Assembly: GCA_038087875.1 (NCBI GenBank)
Contig: JAXLNO010000580.1
Location: 1-47,059 of the forward strand
Source of the DNA: Malacoraja senta
Taxonomy: Eukaryota
Length of the DNA: 47,059 nt
Reading direction: 5' to 3'
The notes beneath the pieces were generated by a model. That model was given only the letters and a program-made list of their open reading frames with translations. It searched no databases and was not told where the DNA came from. Positions 11,920 to 22,199 of the stretch are shown here, piece by piece (position 1 is the first letter of the stretch; each line of letters starts with the position of its first letter). A program made the position numbers and the translations under genes.

Positions 11920-13230
11920 GACATCCACCATCATGAATGGATTCGAGAGACTGGTGATGGCATACATTAACTCCAGTCTCCCAGCTAGACTTAATCCACA
12001 CGGTCCTCCCTTGCCGGGCCCTCTATTGTTCATTCGCTTGGCAGTGGCGTCCTCATTCCAAGTGTCTATCTTCGTCCGTCGGTTGGAGCCATCGTCGACC
12101 GCCCTCCCCACTATCGCTGCCGGGTCCTCACCGGACGCCTCCGAGGCGCCGACCCAGGCCCCAGCCCGCAAGACTCCACCTCCGACCCGCGAGGTTCCGG
12201 CCCGCGAGGTCCAGGCTCCGACTCGCGAGGTCCAGGCCGTGAGGCTCCACCGCCGACTTGCGAGGCTCTTCTGCCAGTATGTGAGGCTCCTCCGCCGGCC
12301 TGTGAGGCTCCGGCCTCGGTTTCTCCGCGGCACCTCCGGAAGGCATCTGCCGCCACGGCACCTCTGCCAATTTGCTTGCCATTGCAACAGGTCCACAGCA
12401 GACGCCATCTCCCTAGCCCTAAACTCATCACTAGAACACCTAAACACCAAGGATTCCCACATTTGACTCTTATTCATCAATCATAGCTACGCCTTCAACA
12501 TCATAATCCGATCCAAACATCTCCAAACTCCCGGACCTCGGACTCAGCACCCCTCTCTGCCATTTTTTCCTTGACTTTCTTACCCACAGACCAAAATCAG
12601 TGATGATAGGTGAGAACAACTCCTCCACAATAATTCTCAACACTAATGCCCTGCAAGGATGTGATCTTAGTCCCCTACTATACTCCCTATACACTCATAA
12701 CTGTGCGGCTAAATTTGGCTCTAACTCCATTATAAATTTTCAGATTACACCACTATAGTGAGCCAAATCATGAACAGTGACAATATGGAGAAAGGGATAG
12801 ATAACTTAGTAACATGGTGTTAAAACAACAACCATCCCTCAATGTCGGCAAGACAAAGGAGCTAGTTATTGACTTCAGGAAGTGCGGTGGATTATATAAC
12901 CTAATCAGCATCAATGGTGCAGAAGTGGAAATGGTTGAGAGATCCGAGTTCCTTGGCATTGATTTCACCAATGATCTACCGTGTACCAACCATTTTGATG
13001 CGACAGCCAAGGAGATACACCAATGCCTCTAATTCTTTCAAAGATTGATGAAAGTCGGTATGTCTCTAATGAATCTTACAAACTTTTACAGATGCACCAT
13101 AGAATGCATACGGTTGAGTTGCATCACAGCTTGGTTTGGGAACAGCTTGGCTTTAGACCACAAGAAATTGTAGAGAGTTGTCGATGTAACCCAGTCCATC
13201 ACATCGACCAGACTCCCAACCATTTCCTTG
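11920..13230 (+). mobile_element. Decayed Rex1/Babar LINE RT fragment, interrupted by a GC-rich insert
   Basis: Translates to IMNGFERLVMAYINSSLP...QFACHCNRSTADAISLAL...QGCDLSPLLYSLYTH...SLNVGKTKELVIDFRK...FYRCTIE..SCITAWFG with stops and frameshifts. Confidence 0.85.
12001..12365 (-). mobile_element. GC-rich internally repetitive insert (probable non-autonomous retroposon fragment)
   Basis: Separates LNPH from QFA of the Rex1 RT; repeated (C)GCGAGG/GTGAGGCTCC units; the minus-strand end GAACAATAGAGGGCCCGG..GGACC resembles ~16215-16245. Confidence 0.55.
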
Positions 13231-13562
13231 CCAGAAGGACATCAATGAAACTGAGTGATTTTATGAGTGAACAAAGAAGCTTGGGATAACAGATTCCTCA
13301 GCACCAGACTAGGTATCACATGCAAACTGGGCAAAGTCAAACCCACCTAGATCACCTTACATTCCTAACATAAACAGCCAGGAGGCTGGAATCTAAAGTG
13401 GGAGAGTTGTCTGATAGATTAGTCAAGCAACATTCAAACACAATCAATCAGCCTCACAGAATCATGTCTCGTAACAAATGTCACAAAGTCCTCCTTTGTA
13501 TGTATGGACTAAAAGTCAGAATGAGACCACCAGAAGTAGAGGCAGAGTTCAACATTCAGGAG

Positions 13563-13635
13563 GGACACAAAATGCTGGAGTAATTCTGCGGGACAGGCAT
13601 CATCTCTGGAGAGAAGGAATGGGTGATGTTTCCAG
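13563..13635 (-). mobile_element. Penelope pLTR-derived repeat fragment
   Basis: GGACACAAAATGCTGGAGTAATTCTGCGGGACAGGCATCATCTCTGGAGAGAAGGAATGGGTGATGTTTC is near-identical to the 39706 arm. Confidence 0.75.
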
Positions 13636-13806
13636 ATCCCATGGAGAGTTGCTTGTTAGAAGCGCCAATGATTGATGAGTCCTGAAGCTCATGGTCGCAA
13701 ATAGATGGTGAAAAAACAAACAGAAATAATAAATCTACTTGAGCGCATCCTCACCAATCTGCAAACAGATAATAAATCTGTCCCCTTCAGTGTTGCGAGG
13801 TGTAAT

Positions 13807-13960
13807 TCAAGTTCAAGTTCAAGTTACATTTATTGTCATATGCACCAATTGGTTAAGTGAGATTTGAGTTACCATACAGCTATACGAATAAAAAGAACAC
13901 AATACACAATAGAATTTAACATGAACATCCCCCACAGCGGAATCAACGTTTCCCACTGTA
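13807..13960 (-). mobile_element. 3' tail fragment of a Rex1/Babar-related retroposon
   Basis: Minus strand ends TGACAATAAATGT(AACTTG)n. Confidence 0.6.
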
Positions 13961-15751
13961 AGAACCAGTCCATTCTGAGTGGAGTCAAAGAACTGTCAAT
14001 ATAATGTGGACACATTCCTACATTGGGTGTGGCACACCTACCAGCATAATTTTGGGAAATACCTTGCAGTTATAAAATGTGTGCTTGCTTATAAATTTAA
14101 TAAGGATGTTCAGTAATTATGCATGCACGTATTTTGCAGAAAGATGGAATGTTTAAATAAATTGTCATTAAATCTGCAGATATTGGGATAGATTTCCAAA
14201 TTACATCTAAAATATCAAAGATGTACTCAGCCTAATGTTTAGTAACATCAAAGAAAAAGGTAAAAATGCTGTTTGATTTGATCAAAGATTTTGGGGAGGC
14301 CACTGACCATTTCAGATAAATTTGTGCAGTAAGGAGGCTATGATCTAAACAAATCTGGTCTGTGTGACCCATGTTGTTATACACATAACTAACGATACTT
14401 TAACAGTGGTATTGTTCCAGCAGATTTTTCCATTTTGAATGTTGTATAGAGGATTGGATACCTCATCCTATTCATGGATCAAGGGAGCATAGAAAAAATT
14501 ACTTTTGAAGAAAGAACAATCAGCTATGATACTAGAATTCTAGGAATTATTTTGCATTGCAAGGCAACGAGAATTCATTCAGGAATCTAAATTTGTTAAA
14601 TGCATTGACATCCAAATGAAAACTAACCCATAAATTGACTGTTTTTTTCAATCATGAGAAAAATGCCCCTTAAACTTTTGATGCATGCTCTTAAAATGAA
14701 CTTACCATGTTTACACTATGTGGAGATTTTGCTACAAATTAGGAAATTGCTATAATGCAATGTAGGCCAAATACAAGCTTTTAGGTTACACAATAGTTTG
14801 ATAATGATATTGTGAAGGCTTATGTGTGCAAATGATGCATTTCTTGGAGGGTGTTTGAAGGCTTTATGAATCAACGTTGGATCCTGGCAATACTCCCAGT
14901 GACATCAATTATATTTGTGTAAAAACGCCAAAGGGTGGCAAATTAGATTGATGGATAGACAAGGTGGGCTGTAAAATGGAGACAGAAAGTCTCAGCATTT
15001 TCAGGCTTCACTGATTTAAAGGCAGCTACACTATCCAATGTTTGTAGAAGTACTTATCCGTGAAGGAAGAAAGATTTTCTTAGATATGTCAATCAGATTT
15101 TGTAAAGTATTTGAGGAAGTTAAGTGTCTGCTGCAGCTCCAGTGGAATTGTTAGTTTTGATTTTTAATGAGTAGCTGCAGAGAATTTCACTCAGTACATG
15201 CTACCTTCTACTGTTAACAAATTAAACTGTAGCCAAATAATCCAATTAGGGTCCGATGCAGGTGTGCCACTTAATTGTAGAAGTATTTCAGATTAGAGAA
15301 GGTGAGATATCTACTAGTTTATAAACACTGCGGTTCACTTAAAGGTAGCCAGCTGTGATAAATGTTCTTCTTGACTTAGTACACCAAAACCACATTATCT
15401 GTCCCAGTGAAGAAATGAATTCGGCTCAGCCATGCTATTGATCAGAACAATCTTGTACAAACTCTTAAACAGTCTCAATCATCAAAACAAACTTTAATCT
15501 AGACATTCATCTTTCAAGTTGAGATAGCTGTTTATTTACAAATTATCATCTTCGACACAACTAGAATTGAAAATTCTTTGTAATGAAGTACAAAAAATAT
15601 TTCATTATTCTTTGACAGATGAAAGAAGAATTAAAACGGGAAAAGCAGCGATAATCTCTACTCCATATTTTACTAAGTCCCTCCATAAATGAAAGAAAGG
15701 GAAATATTGTACCTGAAGTGTTAATTCTGTCCCCCTTTCCATAGATACTGC

Positions 15752-16690
15752 CGGCAAGCCACGCGCCAGATGAGTCCCGGCAAGCCACGCGCAGGGTGTT
15801 TCCCGGCAAGTGCGTGGCCAAGCCAACCAGTAGGCTCGGCTTGCCCGCTGCAGACCGAGGACTCGCTCACCGAGAACCTACCTAGTGGGCCCGGCTTGCT
15901 CACCGTGGTCTCCGAACTCGGCCCAAAGATACCAGCGTCGGCGGAACCCTAAAATGACGAGGGACTTGCGAGCAACCACCGAGAACTGTTGCCAAGAGGG
16001 TAAGGGAACAGTCGAGTGAGGTGGACCATTGAGATCGTAGGGGGACTGTCGAGAGCGAGGTGGACCATCGAGATCGGAGGGGAACTGTCGAGAATGAGGG
16101 GAACTCGCGCCGCTGAGAGCAAGGAGGGGGATCCATGCCGCCATATTCGAGGAGGGTGAACCGCGCCGCCAAGAGCGAGGAGGGCTGCCAAGAACTATCT
16201 GGCAGGGGACTATCGAGAACAAAGGGGAACCTCGCGGGGGACCACCAAGAATGGTTGTCACGGTGGCGCAGCGGTAGAGTTGTTGCCTCACAGCAAATGC
16301 AGCGCTGGAGTCCCGGGTTTGATCCTGACTACGGGTGCTGTCTGTACGTTCTCCCCGTGATCTGCGTGGGTTTTTTCCGAGATCTTCGATTTCTTCCTAC
16401 AAGACGTACAGGTCTGTAGGTTAAATGGCTTGGTAAATGTAAAAATTGTCCCTGGTGGATGTAGGATAGTGTTAATGTGCGGGGATCACTGATCGGCGCG
16501 GACCCGGTGGGCCGTAGGGCCTGTTTCCGCGCTGTATCTCTAAACTAAGAATGATGGGATGGGGGGGGGGGGGGGGGGAATGCAGCGGGAGGGCTGCCAG
16601 AAACGTGGCGATTCTTGTGTACTGCCTAGGTGAGGTCTGCTGTATGATTTTACAGGGTTGGATACATGTGACAACAAAGTATCATTGAGT
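15752..16690 (+). mobile_element. GC-rich non-coding retroposon with GTGACAACAAAG 3' tail, inserted in a Penelope pLTR-derived repeat and itself interrupted by a SINE
   Basis: Flanks CCATAGATACTGCC | GACTTGCTGAG rejoin the pLTR repeat consensus; internal direct repeats (CCGGCAAGCCACGCGC x2; GAGGTGGACCATYGAGATCG x2). Confidence 0.65.
16254..16546 (+). mobile_element. tRNA-derived HE1-type V-SINE
   Basis: A box GGTGGCGCAGCGG, B-box-like GGTTTGATCC, central CGTTCTCCCCGTGATCTGCGTGGGTTTT, CR1-like tail GGGCCTGTTTCCGCGCTGTATCTCTAAAC; AAGAATG TSD at 16247-16253 and 16547-16553. Confidence 0.9.
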
Positions 16691-16939
16691 GACTTGCTGA
16701 GAATTTCCAGTATTTTCTGTTTGTCTTTCAGGTTTCCAGCGTCAGCAGATTTTTTATTTTCATTCAATTAATTGTTGCTATTGAAACCTCTGGATAACTT
16801 TGCCTCTTAATAGCTCACAGATCCATTATTCTAAATTGCCTTTTGATCTCAATAAATCGAAGTCAATGCATATTTATCTGACTCCTTTGACATTTGTTGG
16901 GAAGAGCAGAGCAGAAATACCGATACTATCAATAATTTT

Positions 16940-17480
16940 ACGATCAAGGTCTCAACCTGGGAAGCTCTAAGTGCCATCATCCGATATGATTCAAGGATAA
17001 AAGCAACCTGCACCAAGAACCGCAGTGCATCGGAGAAGTCATTCCAATCTTATTTCCACAACATCTTCCCAATCTACCAATAAGATAGATAAACCAATAT
17101 CATCAACCTCTCCCGAAACAACATCCCCAGGCTCTAATCACACTTATCCATAACCATAATGGAGGCAGTATTATTTGCATTCTAGACACCATACTCCCAA
17201 AACAGATCTAATGCAAAGAAATTATGTGACAAGAAATTTCCTGGAGGACAGAGAACCTATTTAGAGATATCTTTCAAAATATCCTCACCAGTTCAAGGTA
17301 ATCCCAGCGCTTGGATTAGTCAAAAATAGAGTAGTATGTAGAAAGGCATTAAGCACTTTAAGTAACTATGCCGAGGAAACAGAGGCCAGTGCACAACTTC
17401 CCAAACAACTGACCAATCTTCCCACCTGTTGAGTCTGTGAATTCTGCCTTGACTTTTCAACCATCTTACAACCTACTGAA
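16940..17480 (+). mobile_element. Highly decayed RTE-clade LINE 3' relic
   Basis: ACTCCCAAAACAGATCTAATGC...CCTGGAGGACAGAGAACCTATTTAGAGATATC resembles the RTE C-terminal LPKQI..EL..G....GGQRKRFKD motif. Confidence 0.5.
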
Positions 17481-19168
17481 CTGGTGTGGAAGTAAGCCAA
17501 CTTCAAACCCGAAAGGCAGCCTAAGGGAAGTTTAATTGAAAACTATAACAAATATTTGGAAATAAATTTACTATGTGAGGGGATTATGGGCTTCACAGCC
17601 AAGAAGATAAATGCAATTTAGAGATATTTTAATTTATCTACTTCAATGGCAGAAGAGCCTTGATATGCTGAATGGTTTACAAACAATAGCCCAAAATTGT
17701 AATTGTATGACTTTTTCCTTTCCTCCACATGAGAGGCACATTTGCTTGCGCAAGGTTCACCTTGTCACTCCAGTGTAATGTGTGTTAGAACACTAATTAA
17801 GTATAAGCACCTAGTCTGTGTAATACCTTTATGTTTTATAGTGAACCTATTATAGAACGATAGCTAAATTCGCCCAAATCACAATGACTCATGCAGACAA
17901 ACGAGATGGATTTTGAAATTATAGCTAAAAACTAGAATTTGGGAGCATGGATAGCTATTAATCTTTAGCCTCCTGCACTTTAACTTTCTACTTGAGTCTC
18001 CTCTTTAAGTTTAATTTTTCACATACATTCACTGCTTTTCTCCAATATAAACAAATGTGAATCATAAAATAGAGAAGTTAATTTTCAGCAATGAGTGTAC
18101 CAGGGGAAACTTTGCAGGACATCTCACTAATGTGACTGCTTATAGAACCATACAACCCATAATCACCACCAAATGATGTAACTGGGAAAGCATTTTAGAA
18201 ATCAATTGGAAACAGAATTTCTTGGCTTTATCTCAAAGGCTCCATTTTGCAGGCACGTATATTAGATGTTCAGGTTGGTTACTGGAATATTTTCTTAACT
18301 GTTCCCAAAATCACTTGAGTTCTACTATTAACAAGTTATAATTAAGATAGATTCCAGGTTTACTATGATATTCCAAAGAACCTAGAATAAGTCAGTGTTT
18401 TTAAGCAAGGAAAGGATTAAGGACGATAACGGAATTACTAATTAAATGATATACTGTACCTTTTTAGATCACTGAACAGCAATCACATAACACATATTCA
18501 CTGCAGGTCTATAGCAAATGCAAAAAATCTTCAGCATGGAACTTAAAAACAAATCTTGGAGATTATGTACAAAAACAAATATTATCCCTTGTTTGTATTC
18601 CAATATACAAGAGTAAATATTGTAACATCAATTGTGCAATATCCATTTGGATATATTAACCCCCCCACAACACCCTCCAAGTTCTACCTTACATAACTTC
18701 TGCCCAGAATTAAAATAAGTATATCTCTGGGAATTATGAAAATATTTTATTATTGTGGTTCCAATATATATTTGATTTAAAGCATCATGGGACATGATGG
18801 ATATTTAGGTGGAAAAGGTTACATAGAAAAATATGGTCTTACAAGTAGCTAATTTGAAAAATGAAGAGGTAATAGAGTGGTGTGTATCTAAACCACAAAT
18901 ACATTTCTCTGTACTCAGTACTCATTATGAGGGCAAAGGCTTCGTTATCATTGGTTTGCAGCCTGAAGAACTGCCCACTGATTATGAACTGCCATTCAAT
19001 CAATGAGTCTTCCTCAGCAACCTATGTTGCTGGGAAGGAGAGAAAACTAAACTGCAAGTAAATGGAAAACTGATATGGCCAGTGATGGAAATGGGTTTTA
19101 GGAACTAGAGGTACGCTAAGGTCTGTGAGGCTGAGGGAGGGGGGGGGGGGGGGGGATTTTTTTAATAT

Positions 19169-20006
19169 AGAGATAGAGATTCCTTTATTTGTCATTCAGA
19201 CCTTTTGGTCTGAACGAAATTTCGTTGCCTGCAGTCATACATATAATAATAAATAACAAAACACACAATAAACACAAATTAACATCCACCATAGTGAGTT
19301 CACCAGGCACCTCCTCACTGTGATGGAGGCAAAAGTCTTAAAGTCTCTGTTTCTTCCCTCTTTGTTCTTCCTCTGCGCTGAGGCGATCCAGGCTTCCGAT
19401 GTTGTGACCCCGCCGGGTGATGGTAAGTCAGTCCCGCGTCTGAATCCGAGTTCCGCTCCGCGACGGGCCGGTTCAAACTCCGCGGCCCGGGGTGGTCGAA
19501 GCTGCCGAAGCTGCCGCCCTCCAGTCCAGTGGACGCAGCTGTAGTTGCGGGAGCTCCAGATAAACAGGTCACGCACCTGTGACCTGCGAGCTCCCGACGA
19601 TGTCGTCCACTGGGCTCGCGGCCGAACCTCCGGATTCAGGTCGCCACCAGTGTCCTCGGTCGTCACCGCCGGAACGCCACCGCAACCCCGAAGCCGGCCA
19701 GCCCCACGCTGGTAAGTCCTGGCTCTGCCTCCGGAGCCTCGAGGTTGGTGGGTCGCAGTTGGAGTTGGAGGCCGGCAGCTCCGCCATTAGGCCTCAGCGC
19801 AGACGGAGGCAGAGAAGGGGGATACAAGAAAAAAGTCGCATTCCCCGAAGGAAGAGACAAAAAAATGTTTCACCCCCCACCCCACACATACACAACCCAA
19901 TAAACTAAAATTTAACTAAAACAGGACAAAAGAAAACAACAAAAAAAGTAAAAACAGACGGACTGCAGGCGAGCCGCTGCTGTTCAACAGCGCCGCCACT
20001 TCCGGA
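19169..20006 (-). mobile_element. Apparently full-length non-coding GC-rich retroposon with Rex1/Babar-like 3' tail
   Basis: 5' end TCCGGAAGTGGCGGCGC; 3' hairpin TTCAGACC-AAAA-GGTCTGAA, TGACAAATAAAG and (ATCTCT)n tail; AATAT at both ends (19164-19168, 20007-20011) as candidate TSD. Confidence 0.75.
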
Positions 20007-20106
20007 AATATGCGGTCGTACCCATGTAAGAGTACAAGAATGCATAACTTGTTTATTGTGTATTTGTAATACAGTTTATTGTGTATTATATGTCATAGCT
20101 GCTTTC

Positions 20107-20111
<5 letters not shown>

Positions 20112-20138
<27 letters not shown>
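20112..20138. repeat. (CT)n microsatellite
   Basis: 27-nt perfect dinucleotide run. Confidence 0.95.
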
Positions 20139-20171
20139 GGTGTTGGCTCTAGCCATCGTCTGCTTCGGTGA

Positions 20172-20390
20172 GGGAAGCAGGTCGGTGATTGGTCACAACG
20201 CCCCTCGGAGACTGTGTCTGATTGGCCGCCGAGTGACCAGCACATTATGTGACTGGACACAATGCCCTTGGAGACAGCGGCTGATTGAATGGGAGATCGA
20301 TTTGTTGATTGGACGGGAATTTTAAGGGAAGCTGGTCGGTGATTGGACGTAACCCCCTTAGAGACAGCGGTTGATTGGCCGCCAAATAAT
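20172..20390. promoter_or_regulatory. Multi-CCAAT (NF-Y) promoter-like module
   Basis: ATTGG at 20188, 20221, 20308, 20342, 20374 plus variants at 20252 (ACTGG) and 20284 (ATTGA); mostly 31-34 bp apart; E2F-like GGCCGCCAAA at ~20377-20386. Confidence 0.6.
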
Positions 20391-20639
20391 CGGGCACAAA
20401 AAATTGACAAATAGGAAAACAAAAAAATTGGATTTCCGATTTAAATCTGATATAAGGTACATAGGGTGGGTATCGATTAATTCTAGACAACAGATTAAAA
20501 AAAATAATCTAACCCCATTAATTCACTCAAGGTGTATTATGATGTGTTCTACAGTATGAAGTGTACAGCAAAACTTGCACTTCCAGAGTGGTCTATCGTG
20601 TTATTTCTTCAGCGGACTACGGATTTATTTTAAGAACAA

Positions 20640-20832
20640 AACATAAAGTGCTGGAGAACTCAGCAGGTCAGGCTGGATCTATCGAGGGTCCGAAGAAGGG
20701 TCTCGACCCAAAATGTCGCCTATACCTTCTCTCCAGCGATGCTGCCTGACCCCCTGAGTTACTCCAGCATTTTGTGTCTATCTATGGAGGGAATGGCGAG
20801 GCGACGTTTAGGGTCAGGTCCCTTCTTCAGGC
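20640..20832. mobile_element. Penelope pLTR-derived inverted repeat cluster with degenerate hammerhead core
   Basis: GCTGGAGAACTCAGCAGGTCAGGC arm; CCGAAGAAGGGTCTCGACCCAAAATGTC; GCCTGACCCCTGAGTTACTCCAGCATTTTGTGTC arm; further inverted CCCTTCTTCAG. Confidence 0.75.
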
Positions 20833-21189
20833 ATTTTTAAGGGGTTGGGAAAGATCGAAAATTTCACGTATTTAAATATGTTTTTACGAATATAACAAGT
20901 AGTGTGGGAGAAAATTCCATGAGCCATGATTGCCACATACATACCCAAAAGTAGAAATGTAGAAAGTTACAGTGCGTAAAAAAATAGATATTAGGAGCAT
21001 TGTAGTCTACTTTGTACCAATCAAACGTCAAATTCAAAATTCTATATTTTGAAAATGGGCAAAGCAAAAAGTAGCATGTTCTCTAGGAAGGCTTATCCTA
21101 AAATAATTGATCGGAAGGGTGTGATTTTCAGTCAGGACATCTGTATCATTCAGTCAGTGAGCTCATGGTCCGGAGCGCTTCTCTATTAC

Positions 21190-21338
21190 CCCTCTACATT
21201 AAAACAAAGTGTCAATGCATCTTCAAGGTCTACTAATCCACCCATAGCTTCAGTTACAGGTACAGCTGAAGGGATTTGGAGCTCGGGCAACGCTATGAAT
21301 TTATTTGATTTTATAAAATCCGATACATCGTTCAAAAG
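21190..21338 (-). CDS. Candidate internal exon of an unidentified gene
   Basis: T-rich acceptor ...GTTGTAG|, open frame LLNDVSDFIKSNKFIALPELQIPSAVPVTEAMGGLVDLEDALTLCFNVEG, donor |GTAATA; unique non-repeat DNA; no recognised homology. Confidence 0.3.
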
Positions 21339-21505
21339 CTACAACCACAACGTGATAAATAACACTAAATAAAACTGAAGTAAATAAAGGCAAACAGAAG
21401 AACTAACCTTGAAGGAGAGAGAGAAAACAACACACATAAACTCATTTTTTAAAATTCATAAAACATTCCTAAATGACGGGTACAAATTACTAAATAACGT
21501 GGGTG

Positions 21506-21612
21506 GACAAAAATGCTGGAGAAACTCAGCGGGTGAGATGTTGCCTCACCCGCTGAGTTTCTCAGCATTTTTGTCTATCTTCGATTGTTCCAGCATTTGC
21601 AGTTCCTTCTTA
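21506..21612. mobile_element. Short palindromic Penelope pLTR-derived insertion with 14-bp TSD
   Basis: GACAAAAATGCTGGAGAAACTCAGCGGGTGAG / CTCACCCGCTGAGTTTCTCAGCATTTTTGTC arms; AAATAACGTGGGTG at 21492-21505 and 21613-21626. Confidence 0.85.
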
Positions 21613-22199
21613 AAATAACGTGGGTGAATGACTGTACCTGCACACCAGGAAGAACCCCATGCTCGTGGTCCGGAGCCCTTAATGACAGTAAGTTTAAAGA
21701 AATTCTGCCGTGAATTTTATTCAAAGGAACGCGGCGTCATTAATACTTGGTCAAAACACAATTATATTGACTGAGGAATGCAGATCGATGTATTGGTGAC
21801 ACATTGTATAACGTGTGTTCTACTGGCTGTTAACAAGTGCTAACAGTGGCAGTTAACAAATCGTTTTGGTCTCAGTTGAATCAAGTGATAAACGACTCCA
21901 ATCTTTCTGCAGTACTCATTAAACCCGAGATGGAAACTGTTGCGTCTCGTGCGGTTGCAGGGGAAGTTCCTGGGGAGGAGGTGGTTTGGGTGGGAAGGGA
22001 CGAGTTGACCAGGAAATTGCTAACGGAACAGTCTCTGCAGAAAGCGGAAAGGGGTGGAGATGGGAAGATGTGGCTAGTGGTGGGATCCCCTTGGAGGTGG
22101 CGAAAATGTTAGAGGATTATGTGCTGCATGCGACGGCTGATGGGGTGGAAGGTGAGGACTAGGGGGACTCTGTCCCTGTCCCGGACTCTGACATTGTCG

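Noticed and set aside
16254..16330. tRNA-like A and B boxes
   Set aside because: Head of a SINE, not a tRNA gene; no complete cloverleaf.
20076..20156. Minus-strand ATG GCT AGA...(GA)n...GCAAGAAAGCAGCTA, superficially histone H3-like (MAR...ARKQL)
   Set aside because: The two pieces are in different frames and separated by a microsatellite; there is no histone fold and no 3' stem-loop.
21049..21372. 107-aa plus-strand ORF
   Set aside because: No recognisable homology; largely antisense to the minus-strand candidate exon.
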